In this document: positions 45,254 through 54,825 of the stretch, in pieces
How the letters are laid out: each line of letters starts with the position of its first letter
Numbering within the stretch: the first letter of the stretch is position 1
Assembly (NCBI GenBank): GCA_039931435.1
Contig: JBDTRY010000002.1
Coordinates: 1 to 63,788, forward strand
Reading direction: 5' to 3'
From: Acidobacteriota bacterium
GTDB taxonomy: Bacteria > Acidobacteriota > Thermoanaerobaculia > Gp7-AA8
DNA: 63,788 bases
The notes under the pieces: generated by a model
Databases searched by the model: none
What the model was told of the DNA's origin: nothing
Seen by the model: the letters and a program-made list of their open reading frames with translations, nothing else
Translations under genes and position numbers: made by a program

Positions 45254-47242
45254 TCATAGAATGGACTTGTAGTAGTCCCAGCGCGTCCTGAGCTTCGCCA
45301 GAAAGGCCACGAAGAGGGGATCCTGGCGCAGGGGATCCAGATTGGCATCCTGGGCGAACAACGGGTAGCAGGGGAACCCGTCGTCAGCCGCAACCTCAAG
45401 CCAGTGAACCGCCTGCCCCGGTTTGTTCATGCGCGCGTAGGCACAGGCGATATGGTAGGCCGTGTGATGGAAGTGACCAAATCCCTTTCCTTTCTTCACC
45501 GCCAGCTGAATCTGCTCTTCCGCTTTCTCTATCTGCCCGGATGACGCTGTCAGGATCGCCTGGAGACTCGTAAAGAGCCCGCCATGATCCTCAGGATAGT
45601 CTCGGAGGAATTGGTCGAGGATGTCGGACGCTTCCTTTTCCCTACCGAGATTCAGCAGGGCCCAGGCCATTTGCTGGCCGACAAGCGCGGGATTGGCTTC
45701 CTGAGGAATGGCACGCAGAACGGCAAGGGCTTGATCGTATTTTCCCTGGAAGTTGAGCGTCTGCCCGATCCGGAACTGGGCGAGTACGTTGTTGGGATTG
45801 GCCGAGACGGCTCGCTGGGATTCCTGCAGCGCCTCGTCGAAAGCACCGATGTGACAGTACACGAGCGCCAGTTGATTTCGCGCCTCATCGAGGTTTGGGT
45901 TCAAACTTAGCGCACGTCGATACTCGCGAATTGCCTTCTCGTGAGGGAAATGGTTGGCAGGCGTCCACAGAATGCGGCCGCGTGCCAGATACGCTACCGC
46001 GGAATTTGGATCCAGCGAGAGCGCTCTCTCGGCTGCGACAAATGCTTTTTCCGCCAACTGCGCTTCTTCGGGCGCGAAGAGGAAGAGTTTCCAGACATAC
46101 GCCTGAGCCAGTTCCGCATGAGCCGCGGCGAACGTCGGGTCGATGGCCACGGCGCGCTCGAGAGACAGGATGGCAGCTGCGTTGCCCTCTGCGTTCTGAC
46201 GGTTCAGATAAAATCTTCCACGAAGGTAGTCATCGTACGCTTCAGGATCGACGGAGCGGACACTCTGGAAGTCCCTCCGATCGGGCGGAGTGGGTTCGAC
46301 CCGAATGATGTCTGCGATGTCACGTCCTATCGCTCTCTGTAATGACAGCACATTGCGAAGATCCCTGTCGTAGCTGTCTGCCCATAAACTCCGTCCTGTT
46401 GCCGTGTTCATGAGTTGAAGGGCCATTTTCACGCGTTGGCCGGAACGGAGAACCGAACCACTGAGCACGACGTCCACCTTCAGCTCACGGCCGACCTCTG
46501 CAATGGGCTTATTCACGGGCTTGTACTGCATAACCCCAGGCAGAGAAATGACGCGCAGCTCACCGATTCCTGCCAGCTCGTTGATCAGCGCCTCGGTCAT
46601 TCCGTCGGCGAAGTATTCCTGCGCACCATCCTTCGATAGATTCTCAAGCGGCAGTACCGCCAGCGATTGAATGCGACCCGGATCGACCCTGGCCGGCATG
46701 CGTTCCTGCAAGCCGACGGCGGTCAGCCCCACCAGCACGGCGAACAACATCAGGCCGCCGAGAACCAACGGCCAGCGATGAGAGTCGATCAGCGAGCGTG
46801 CCACGCTTGATGGGGACGGGGAGGCCTCGGTCCGTCGCTCGCCGTTTCCAGGCGCGGTGCTGTAGCTGTCCTGGGGGGTCGGCTCGGCAGGTCCGGTCTC
46901 CTCGATCTCTTCCCATCGTTCCCGCACACTCGCCACAAAGCGATAACCGCGGCCGGGTACGGTTTCGACAAATTGGTGTTCGTTAGGGCCTTCCCCTAGT
47001 GTCCGCCTCAATGCAGATATTCTCACCGAGAGATTCGATTCCTCCACGAAGCTATCCGGCCAGATGCGTGTCATGAGCTCGCCTTTTTCGAGAAGATGGC
47101 CGCTGTTCTCAACGAGGACAACCAGCAAGTCGAACGACTTTGGAGTTAACGGCACCAACTCAGTACCACGGAGAAGCTGCCGTTCTTCGGGGATGAGCCG
47201 GAAGGCCCCGAATTCGTAAATGTGCCTGGCTTGCCTGACCAT
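45254..47242 (-). CDS. CadC/ToxR-like membrane-anchored winged-helix regulator with periplasmic TolB-N-like + TPR module
   Basis: OmpR/CadC-type DNA-binding N-terminus (YEFGAFRLIPEERQLLRGTELVPLTPKSFDLLVVLVEN...LSVRISALRRTLGE). TM segment WPLVLGGLMLFAVLVGLTAVGL. Then SLAVLPLENLS...YFADGMTEALINEL plus TPR repeats. Confidence 0.88.
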   Translation of the reverse strand: MVRQARHIYEFGAFRLIPEERQLLRGTELVPLTPKSFDLLVVLVENSGHLLEKGELMTRIWPDSFVEESNLSVRISALRRTLGEGPNEHQFVETVPGRGYRFVASVRERWEEIEETGPAEPTPQDSYSTAPGNGERRTEASPSPSSVARSLIDSHRWPLVLGGLMLFAVLVGLTAVGLQERMPARVDPGRIQSLAVLPLENLSKDGAQEYFADGMTEALINELAGIGELRVISLPGVMQYKPVNKPIAEVGRELKVDVVLSGSVLRSGQRVKMALQLMNTATGRSLWADSYDRDLRNVLSLQRAIGRDIADIIRVEPTPPDRRDFQSVRSVDPEAYDDYLRGRFYLNRQNAEGNAAAILSLERAVAIDPTFAAAHAELAQAYVWKLFLFAPEEAQLAEKAFVAAERALSLDPNSAVAYLARGRILWTPANHFPHEKAIREYRRALSLNPNLDEARNQLALVYCHIGAFDEALQESQRAVSANPNNVLAQFRIGQTLNFQGKYDQALAVLRAIPQEANPALVGQQMAWALLNLGREKEASDILDQFLRDYPEDHGGLFTSLQAILTASSGQIEKAEEQIQLAVKKGKGFGHFHHTAYHIACAYARMNKPGQAVHWLEVAADDGFPCYPLFAQDANLDPLRQDPLFVAFLAKLRTRWDYYKSIL

Positions 47243-47512
47243 ACGCGCTCGCGAGGGGCCTTCTGGGAAACTTTGGAGGTTTTTCGGGAAAACGCTGGCG
47301 TTTTGTAAGGACTTCCGGGCCCACCCTGACTAACTTCTCATGAGCGACAGTCGCCTCTATCCGATCCGAAGTACTGGAAATTATATGGCAGAAACTCAAA
47401 CCGGCGGACAGTGATGAGGACTTGAGTATTCGCGGGCACGGCATGAGTCCGGTTCGCATTCGAACGCCGTCCGAAAGCCCCACTTCGGCAGCGAAGTCAA
47501 AGGAGAGCAGAG

Positions 47513-48043
47513 ATGAATATCGAAAGAATGAGCAAACGAAGCGTGATCGCCATCGGACTTTTTTCCCTTCTTGTGAGCAATACCGTTCAGGCGGCCACGC
47601 AGGTGATCGCCGCTGGCACCATGGCCTACTCGGATCTGTTCGGCGGTCCGGCCAACATTACGGTTCGACGAGTGACAATCGGAGTCGGGGATGTGCTCGG
47701 CTGGCACTATCATCCGGGCGTTGGGGCCTACACGGTCGTGGTGCGTGGCGCGTTGACCATCGAGGACGGGTGTGGCGGTGAGGAAATATTCACGGTGGGT
47801 CAGGCCTTCCTCGAGGCTCCGAATCGCGTGCATCGGGGCAAGAACTTCGGCAGTGTCGAAGTCGAAACGATTCAAACCCTGATCGTGCCCGTGGGAACAC
47901 CGATTTCTGTTTCCACGGGACAACTGTGTGGGGCCCCTGCAGCAGCGGACGCCTGTAAAAACGATGGCTGGACCCGGTTCACCCACCCCCGCAGTTTTCG
48001 GAGCCAGGGCGACTGCGTTCAATACGTGATCTCGGGCCACTGA
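47513..48043 (+). CDS. Secreted cupin-domain protein
   Basis: AAAGGAG RBS. Signal SVIAIGLFSLLVSNTVQA. Cupin motifs GWHYHPG...VHRGKN. Confidence 0.8.
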   Translation: MNIERMSKRSVIAIGLFSLLVSNTVQAATQVIAAGTMAYSDLFGGPANITVRRVTIGVGDVLGWHYHPGVGAYTVVVRGALTIEDGCGGEEIFTVGQAFLEAPNRVHRGKNFGSVEVETIQTLIVPVGTPISVSTGQLCGAPAAADACKNDGWTRFTHPRSFRSQGDCVQYVISGH

Positions 48044-48165
48044 CCGTGAATTCTCACCAGTTTGTTCGTTGACGGGATTGTTCATCCGGGGATCTGGCGA
48101 AGCTGGAGCTGCAATCAGGGCGGCGTGGAGACCCCGGATGAACATGACTAGCTTCCACCCGCCCG

Positions 48166-48221
48166 GGGCGAGATGAATCTAGAATTTCGAATGAAGAATC
48201 AGAAGATCAGAAAGACTGGGC
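48166..48221 (+). repeat. 57-bp direct repeat, copy 2
   Basis: GGGGCGAGATGAATCTAGAATTTCGAATGAAGAATCAGAAGATCAGAAAGACTGGGC. Preceded by a perfect 11-bp inverted repeat, TTCATCCGGGG (48081-48091) / CCCCGGATGAA (48132-48142). Confidence 0.85.
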
Positions 48222-48332
48222 AGTGGATCGGACGATCAACTGGGAACATTCGTGCCCAGATGCCTGGCGTTGCATGGAATCAACCGACCCTCACCGTAAC
48301 TCCGTAGTCAGCGCCGACCCCTCACCCTCGAT

Positions 48333-48359
48333 CCCTCTCCCCGTTTCACGGGGCGAGGG
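48333..48359 (-). terminator. GC-rich hairpin downstream of the GGDEF-EAL gene (no U-tract)
   Basis: The minus strand reads CCCTCgCCCCGtgaaaCGGGGaGAGGG, 58 nt after the stop at 48417. Confidence 0.3.
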
Positions 48360-48416
48360 ACGCCGCCGACCCGCTGAAATTCCCCGCTGCGACGTGAGCC
48401 GTTCAGGGCGCCGTCG

Positions 48417-51400
48417 TCAGTGAATCGGGAACCGCGATCTCTTGCCGGTCGTGGCGCGATTTTTTACCAGCAGGGCTTCGAACTGATCCGGGGGGATGGG
48501 ACGGTTGAAGAGGAAACCCTGCATGCAGTAGCAGCCGTAACTCATCAGGAAGGACCGCTGCTCTTCGTTCTCCACCCCCTCGGCGATGAGCTTCAACTTC
48601 AGCGTCCGGGCCATGGCGATGATGGCTGTGACGATCGCTGCCGTCTCCGGATCCTTCGTGATGTCACGTACGAAAGACTGGTCGATCTTCAACGTGTCGA
48701 TCGGGAAGCGCTTCAGGTAAGCCAGCGATGAGTGCCCGATCCCGAAGTCGTCCAGTGAGATTCGTACTCCCAGCCTTTTCAATTCCTGCAGAGAGCGGAT
48801 CGTCGTGTCCGGCTTGAGCATGGCCCCGCTCTCGGTAATCTCCAGTTCCACCGACCCGTTCGACATCTGCGTCTCCCTGAGAATGGTCATTACCGTATGA
48901 ACGAGATCAGGATGCTGAAGCTGGGAGACGGCGAGGTTGACGGCCAGCGTAAGCCCGGAGAAGCCCTTTTCTTCCCACCTGTGCAGTTGCTCGCAGGCAG
49001 TGCGAAGAATCCAGGCGCCGATGGCGTTCATCTGGCCGGACTGCTCTGCCAGTGGGATGAAGTCGCCGGGAGCGAGGAGACCAAGGTGCGGATGTTCCCA
49101 GCGCACGAGAGCTTCCATTCCGTCGATGCGTCCCGTACGCATGTCGTAGATGGGCTGGTAGAAAACGCGCAGCTCGTTGGCGTCGACCGCCTTGCGCAAG
49201 CCGTTCTCCAGGGCCAGGCGTTCCAGAGCGTTGGCGCTGATCAGGGCGTTGAACATCTGATAGTTATCCCGGCCGAACTCCTTGGCCTGATACATCGCAG
49301 TGTCGGCATTCTTGAGAATGGTCTCCGGGTCGCGTCCGTCCTCCGGAAAGACGCTGATGCCGATGCTGGTGGTGAGGAAGAGATCCCTGCCCTCAACAAC
49401 GCCCCTGAACGGCTGCTTGAAAATTTCCAGAACTTTGCGGGCGATGAGGACGGCATCCTCGGCCTGGGCAAGCATCGGCAGAAGGATGACGAACTCATCG
49501 CCACCGAGGCGGGCCACCGTGTCCGCCTCACGTGTGCATCCAGTCAATCGGGACGCCACTTCCTGCAGCAGACGGTCTCCGATGTTGTGACCGAGCGAAT
49601 CGTTGATCTTTTTGAAATTGTCGAGGTCGAGGAAGAGAACGGCCACCTCCGACTTTTCGCGCTGGGCGCGGCTCAAAGCGACCGACAGGCGATCCTTGAG
49701 AAGGAGGCGATTGGGCAACCCCGTGAGAACGTCGTGATAGGCCAGGTGACGGATCTGCTCCTCGGCCAGACTGCGCTCGGTGGTGTCGCGTACGACGCAT
49801 ACCATCCCGCCGTTTTCGAGCGCGGTAAGGGAAACCTCCTGCGGGAAGGAGCTCCCGTCGCGGCGCAGGCCTACCGCCGCTCCACGCCAATGCCCGAGCT
49901 CGAAAAGACGAGGCATCACTTCATGCGAGAAGTGGGTTGATTCCCTTTCGTCATACAGTGTCTGCCAGCTCTTTCCCACCAGGGCCTCAGGTTCCATGTA
50001 TCCATAGAGCCTGGCGTGGGCGTCATTGAGGTAGGTGAAACAGCCCTTGTTGTCGAGGATGGCCATTCCATCCATCGAGGCAGCGAATGCTGCAGCCTGG
50101 TTGTGCATCACTTCTTCGGCGTGCTTGCGGTCGGTGATGTCGTGAACGAAGGATTCGTAGTAGCCGGGAGTGCCGCTGCGGTCGGCCACAGAGTGGCCGG
50201 TGAGATGCACCCAGATCGGGGAGTCGTCGCGCCGTCGCCATTGAAGCTCGTGCCCGCCCGTTTCGCCGGCGTCATAACTGTGCATGACGTTGATTCGATC
50301 CTCCGGCCTGACGTAGAACTCCTCGACGTTCCGGCCCAGAACCTCCTGCGAAGTCTCGAAGCCGACGATCTGAGCGAAGGTCTTATTGGCGGTGAGGATG
50401 TGGCCTTCGACGTCTACCTGAATGATGCCCATCGCTCCGAAATCGACGATCTTCCGGTACTTCACCTCGGATTCCTGAAGGGCCTCCTCCGCTCGTTTTC
50501 GATCGGTGACGTCGTTGACGATGGAGTAGAGAAGGGTTTTTCCATGGACGCGGATCGGTCCTGTGTTCACTTCGACATCACGGATCTCGCCGCTGGCCAC
50601 CTTGTGGTGAAAGGAGAACAGATTCCGGGTCTGGTTCGCGGCGCTATCCAGATCGGAACGGAGTTCGTCCTCGCTGAGGGCGTTGATCTCCCAGATATGC
50701 TTCGAGGTCAATTCGTCGAAGGAGTACCCGTAAAAATTCGTTGCCGCATCGTTGGCGTCGACAATCCTTCCGTCAGTGGGGTCGATGAGCAGCTTCACTG
50801 CCGGGTTGTTCTCGAACATCTGCCGGTAGCGATTCTCACTCTCCCGCAGACCTTCTTCGGCAAGCCGGCGCTCGGTGACGTCGATGCCGATGCACACCGT
50901 TCCGATGAGTGCCTCGCCTTCGCGGACTTCGTTGTTGTACCAGGAGATCTGCCGCTCTTCACCCGACCGATTGAGAATCGTGAATTCGAGATTGCGAGGG
51001 AGCGGCCGTCCGCGCCGGAACGCTGACTCCTCCCAGAGATGGCGTGGCCTTGCACTGGGCTGCAACAGATCGAGCCAGTTCCGGCCTCTTAGTTCGGCAT
51101 TCGCGTACCCGAAGACGCGCTCGGCCATCTCGTTCACCATCTGGATGCGACCCGATCCGTCGAGGTGCGTGATGATGGCGTTCGCAGCCATGATCAGGTT
51201 TTCCGACTGCTCCTTTGCACCACGCAAGGCATCTTCCTTCTTCTTGTAGGCGATGGCGCTGGCGATGTGCTGAGAAACGAAAAGTAGAATTTCCTTTTCC
51301 TTTTCACCGTAGCGTACGGTGTCCGTGTAGCTCTGCACTCCGAGAACACCGATGGTCGCGGAGTCGATGAGCAGGGGAACGCCGATCCAGTCCACCGCGG

Positions 51401-52271
51401 GGGGAACAACGGATTCAAGCTCACCGCGCCTGATCAGCTCTTTGAAGCGGGTAGGAGTGGCAAGCAAAGGCTGGCCCGTCCGGAGGACGTACCAGGTAAG
51501 GCCTTTTTCCGAGGCGTCGGGCGGCTTGCTTCCCTTCTGGTCGACGTAATAGTCGAAGACGAGGGCATTGGTGGGTTCGTCGTAGAGGGCGATGGAAAAG
51601 TTCGTGGCGTCCATCAGTTCGCCGACGATGCGGTGGATCGATCGATAGAGTTCGGTAAGATCCGGCGCGGTGTGAGCCACCTCGGAAATGCGGAAGAGTG
51701 CGGACCTGAGGGCCGCGGCCCGCTCCTCGTCGGAGATGTCCCGGAAATACCAGGCGCGGCCAGCGACCTCGCCGGTGTCGTCAATGACGGGAACCGACGC
51801 TCGCGAGAGAACGCGTCCGTCCTTGAGGGGAACGCGGTCGTCCGTCCTGACCTCGCGGTCGCGGTTGTAGAGATAGGCTACTTCGCTGAGAAACTCCCGC
51901 GGGTCGATGACCATGGACTTGGCGTACGAGAGCAGGCCCTTGTCGTCCTGCGTCGTGGCCAGTGACGGCGAGATTTGCCAGATCTCGAAAAAGCGGCGGT
52001 TCACTGAGAGAATTTTGCCGGCCCGGTCGACCACGAGAATACCGTCCCGCGTAGCCTCCTGCTGGGCTCGAAGGATCGCCGCGGTCGTGCGTAGCAAACC
52101 GCTTTCCGAACTTTCCCTTGCTGGCAGCTCCCTGCCCGATCGAGCGGCGCGATAGACACGCGCGGCCATTTTCGTGAGAGAAAATCGACGCGTTCGATTC
52201 TGCCGCCTCAACTGGATAAGTCGCAGCTGTGAGGTCAGAGGCAGCGGTTTCTGCACTCTTCTACTGGCCAT
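48417..52271 (-). CDS. Multi-sensor PAS/GAF/PAS diguanylate cyclase-phosphodiesterase (GGDEF-EAL)
   Basis: RLGGDEFVILL (GGDEF), EALVRWEH (EAL) and DDFGIGHSSLAYLK. Several PAS units (e.g. FENNPAVKLLIDP..., DGMAILDNKG...) and a GAF-like region. Confidence 0.93.
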   Translation of the reverse strand: MASRRVQKPLPLTSQLRLIQLRRQNRTRRFSLTKMAARVYRAARSGRELPARESSESGLLRTTAAILRAQQEATRDGILVVDRAGKILSVNRRFFEIWQISPSLATTQDDKGLLSYAKSMVIDPREFLSEVAYLYNRDREVRTDDRVPLKDGRVLSRASVPVIDDTGEVAGRAWYFRDISDEERAAALRSALFRISEVAHTAPDLTELYRSIHRIVGELMDATNFSIALYDEPTNALVFDYYVDQKGSKPPDASEKGLTWYVLRTGQPLLATPTRFKELIRRGELESVVPPAVDWIGVPLLIDSATIGVLGVQSYTDTVRYGEKEKEILLFVSQHIASAIAYKKKEDALRGAKEQSENLIMAANAIITHLDGSGRIQMVNEMAERVFGYANAELRGRNWLDLLQPSARPRHLWEESAFRRGRPLPRNLEFTILNRSGEERQISWYNNEVREGEALIGTVCIGIDVTERRLAEEGLRESENRYRQMFENNPAVKLLIDPTDGRIVDANDAATNFYGYSFDELTSKHIWEINALSEDELRSDLDSAANQTRNLFSFHHKVASGEIRDVEVNTGPIRVHGKTLLYSIVNDVTDRKRAEEALQESEVKYRKIVDFGAMGIIQVDVEGHILTANKTFAQIVGFETSQEVLGRNVEEFYVRPEDRINVMHSYDAGETGGHELQWRRRDDSPIWVHLTGHSVADRSGTPGYYESFVHDITDRKHAEEVMHNQAAAFAASMDGMAILDNKGCFTYLNDAHARLYGYMEPEALVGKSWQTLYDERESTHFSHEVMPRLFELGHWRGAAVGLRRDGSSFPQEVSLTALENGGMVCVVRDTTERSLAEEQIRHLAYHDVLTGLPNRLLLKDRLSVALSRAQREKSEVAVLFLDLDNFKKINDSLGHNIGDRLLQEVASRLTGCTREADTVARLGGDEFVILLPMLAQAEDAVLIARKVLEIFKQPFRGVVEGRDLFLTTSIGISVFPEDGRDPETILKNADTAMYQAKEFGRDNYQMFNALISANALERLALENGLRKAVDANELRVFYQPIYDMRTGRIDGMEALVRWEHPHLGLLAPGDFIPLAEQSGQMNAIGAWILRTACEQLHRWEEKGFSGLTLAVNLAVSQLQHPDLVHTVMTILRETQMSNGSVELEITESGAMLKPDTTIRSLQELKRLGVRISLDDFGIGHSSLAYLKRFPIDTLKIDQSFVRDITKDPETAAIVTAIIAMARTLKLKLIAEGVENEEQRSFLMSYGCYCMQGFLFNRPIPPDQFEALLVKNRATTGKRSRFPIH

Positions 52272-52390
52272 GGGGCGCGAGACTCGCCTGGCAATTGTAC
52301 GGGAGGGGAGTGGAGAGCACCAGTGAGCGACGTCATCCGTTTAATAACGGAAGGAGTTGGAGGCATCGTTGGCTCGTTCCGTGGCGACTT

Positions 52391-53071
52391 CTATCTGGGA
52401 ATCGACCTGATCACGGTCCATTCCTGATAGTTCTGCATCGTCAGCAGCCCGGCAATAATCAGCAGGAAGTAGTCGCGCCGAAACAGGCCGAACACTACCA
52501 GCAGTCCACCAAGAATCATCGAGATCCATACGGAGAGCGTTATGGCCGTGCGCTCCTTCGTAAATATTCGCGCCAGGTTGCGCAAAGCCTGTCCACCATC
52601 CAGAGGATGGATGGGGACCAGGTTGAAGATTGCCCAGGCGATGTTCGCCCACTGCAGCAACGGAAAAAACTGCCGGAGCATCGGATCACTGGAGGCGATT
52701 GGCACCGTGGCCATGACCAGCGTTGCCCCCAGGGCGATGAGAGCGCTGCTGATCGGGCCCGCCAGACTGATCAGGATCTCCTGCCACGGACGGGCCTTGC
52801 GAACGTTCAGCGTGAAGCCTCCGAATCCGGCCAGACTGATCCGGCTCGATCCGAATCCGAAAATGCCGATGATCGCGGCATGTCCGAGCTCATGAAGGAG
52901 GATGCTCAGGAAGAGTACAGGGATCCAGAGCAGCGCCCGCTCCACTGGCACATGGCTCTGCAGGTCCATCAGCACAAAGAGCCCGATGAGAATGATAAAG
53001 CTCACCTCAACCTGGATCGAGGTGCCGGCGATGGATCCAAGGTGGATCCCGGAACGTTCTGAAGAGGACAT
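52391..53071 (-). CDS. M50-family (site-2 protease-like) membrane metalloprotease
   Basis: LLHELGHAAI (HExxH) and a downstream NLVPIHPLDGG motif. Start moved to ATG 53071, because the upstream part of ORF 52391-53224 looks non-coding. Confidence 0.8.
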   Translation of the reverse strand: MSSSERSGIHLGSIAGTSIQVEVSFIILIGLFVLMDLQSHVPVERALLWIPVLFLSILLHELGHAAIIGIFGFGSSRISLAGFGGFTLNVRKARPWQEILISLAGPISSALIALGATLVMATVPIASSDPMLRQFFPLLQWANIAWAIFNLVPIHPLDGGQALRNLARIFTKERTAITLSVWISMILGGLLVVFGLFRRDYFLLIIAGLLTMQNYQEWTVIRSIPR

Positions 53072-53126
53072 GATTTGACGGAGTTCGACCCGATGCTGGC
53101 AGAATGCGGGGTTACTCTGACATGAG

Positions 53127-54308
53127 GTGACGATGACGGCAACAGGGTCGGAAGAGAAATCGTTGAATTTCGAGACGCGCGCCGTCCATGCCGGAGGGCA
53201 CCCGGACCCCGAGAGCGGGGCCATCGCCCCACCGATTCATCTGTCCACGACGTTCGAGCGGAAGGCAGACGGCGAAACGCCGCACGGCTACGGCTACATT
53301 CGCGAAACCAATCCAACTCAGGAGCGCCTCGAGGCTGCATTGGCCACTCTCGATGGCGGCGCGGCATCGCTCGCTTTTTCTTCGGGGATGGCGGCCGGAG
53401 CTGCCGTGGCCCAATCTCTGCGACCCGGCGCGCGCATCATCCTCACCGCAGACAGCTACTATTCATTCAGGGTGCTGGCCTCCGATTTCCTGCAGAACTG
53501 GGGAATCGAGTGTCAGCTCGTTTCCATGCACCGTCCCGACGAGGTGGAGGCGGCCCTGGCCCGCCCGGCAGATCTGGTCTGGGCCGAGACTCCCTCGAAT
53601 CCGCTGATGAACATCACCGATATCCGGGAGGTGGCAGCGCTCGCGCACCGTGGTGGGGCCAGGCTTCTCGTCGACGGAACCTTTGCCACCCCTGCTCTGC
53701 AACGCCCTCTCGAACAGGGTGCAGACATCGTCCTTCACTCCACCACGAAGTACCTGGGAGGCCACAGCGATGTTCAGGGGGGATCGCTGACCTTTCTTCA
53801 CAAGGATGATTTTTACGAGCGGGTTCTGCACGTACGTCACATCCTTGGTGCGGTGGCCTCTCCATTCAATTCCTGGCTCGTTCTTCGGGGGATTCGCTCT
53901 CTCTCTGCCCGCATGCGGATGCACTGCGCCAACGCTTCAGCGGTGGCACAGTTTCTTGCCTCGCACGAGGCGGTGGAGATGGTGCATTATCCCGGCCTGC
54001 CCACCGATCCCGGACACGGGACGGCCTCCCGTCAGATGCTGGCCTTCGGCGGGATGGTCTCGTTCCGTGTTCGTGGCGACAGGGCCCGGGCCATCGCCGT
54101 CGTAGCCGCAACACGCATTTTCGTCCGGGCCACGAGCCTCGGGGGCGTGGAGAGTCTGATCGAGCATCGGGCCTCCAGCGAAGGCCCACTCTCGAAAGTG
54201 CCTGAGAATCTGATCAGGCTCTCCGTCGGGCTGGAACATCCGGACGATCTCATCGACGATCTCAGGCAGGCCCTGCAGGGCGGATCCGAAAGCGGGGCAC
54301 CCTCGTAG
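53127..54308 (+). CDS. PLP-dependent trans-sulfuration enzyme (cystathionine gamma-synthase/gamma-lyase/beta-lyase family)
   Basis: FETRAVHAG, SGMAA and STTKYLGGHSD (PLP lysine). 393 aa. Confidence 0.88.
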   Translation: MTMTATGSEEKSLNFETRAVHAGGHPDPESGAIAPPIHLSTTFERKADGETPHGYGYIRETNPTQERLEAALATLDGGAASLAFSSGMAAGAAVAQSLRPGARIILTADSYYSFRVLASDFLQNWGIECQLVSMHRPDEVEAALARPADLVWAETPSNPLMNITDIREVAALAHRGGARLLVDGTFATPALQRPLEQGADIVLHSTTKYLGGHSDVQGGSLTFLHKDDFYERVLHVRHILGAVASPFNSWLVLRGIRSLSARMRMHCANASAVAQFLASHEAVEMVHYPGLPTDPGHGTASRQMLAFGGMVSFRVRGDRARAIAVVAATRIFVRATSLGGVESLIEHRASSEGPLSKVPENLIRLSVGLEHPDDLIDDLRQALQGGSESGAPS

Positions 54309-54467
54309 GGCTGCATGGCAGGCGGCCGGGATTTCTCCGGGGATGGTGCACTCGGTCAACGATTCGACCCCGGGAAGGGCAAAGGGGTGCGGGCCGCACG
54401 TGCGGCCCCACGAGCATCCGCGTCGAGGTTCGCGCTAAAATGATCGAGGATTGAACGGAGGCCGGAA

Positions 54468-54758
54468 GTGGCTGCGAATTTCGAAGTGACCTGTCCCTGC
54501 TGCGAATCGCTGATCGTCGTCGATCGGATCAGCGGCGAAGTGCTGATGCATACCCCCCGGAAGTCGTCCGGACCGCCTTCGCTGGAGGCCATGGTTTCCC
54601 AATTGGCATCGAGCAAGTCGGACATGGCCAGAAAATTCGAGAAGAACCTGGAGAGCCAGAAGGACCGCGGAAGGATCCTCGAGGAAAAATTCAAGGAAGC
54701 GATGCAGCGCGCCGACAAGTCGGATAAGCCCTTCCTCAATCCCATGGACCTCGATTGA
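54468..54758 (+). CDS. Small zinc-ribbon-like hypothetical protein with charged C-terminal helix
   Basis: GTG start with GGAGG 6 nt upstream. The N-terminal CPCC may be half of a zinc ribbon. The tail is Lys/Glu-rich. Confidence 0.5.
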   Translation: MAANFEVTCPCCESLIVVDRISGEVLMHTPRKSSGPPSLEAMVSQLASSKSDMARKFEKNLESQKDRGRILEEKFKEAMQRADKSDKPFLNPMDLD

Positions 54759-54825
54759 TGTTGACGATCGGCGGAACAAATCCGCGGGGAATGCCGACCT
54801 CCTCAACCGGGAATTCCCTTTCTCC

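Noticed and set aside
45152-48221. The direct-repeat-flanked module, considered as an IS element or transposon.
   Set aside because: There is no transposase, integrase or terminal inverted repeats matching the direct repeats. It is kept only as an observation of flanking repeats.
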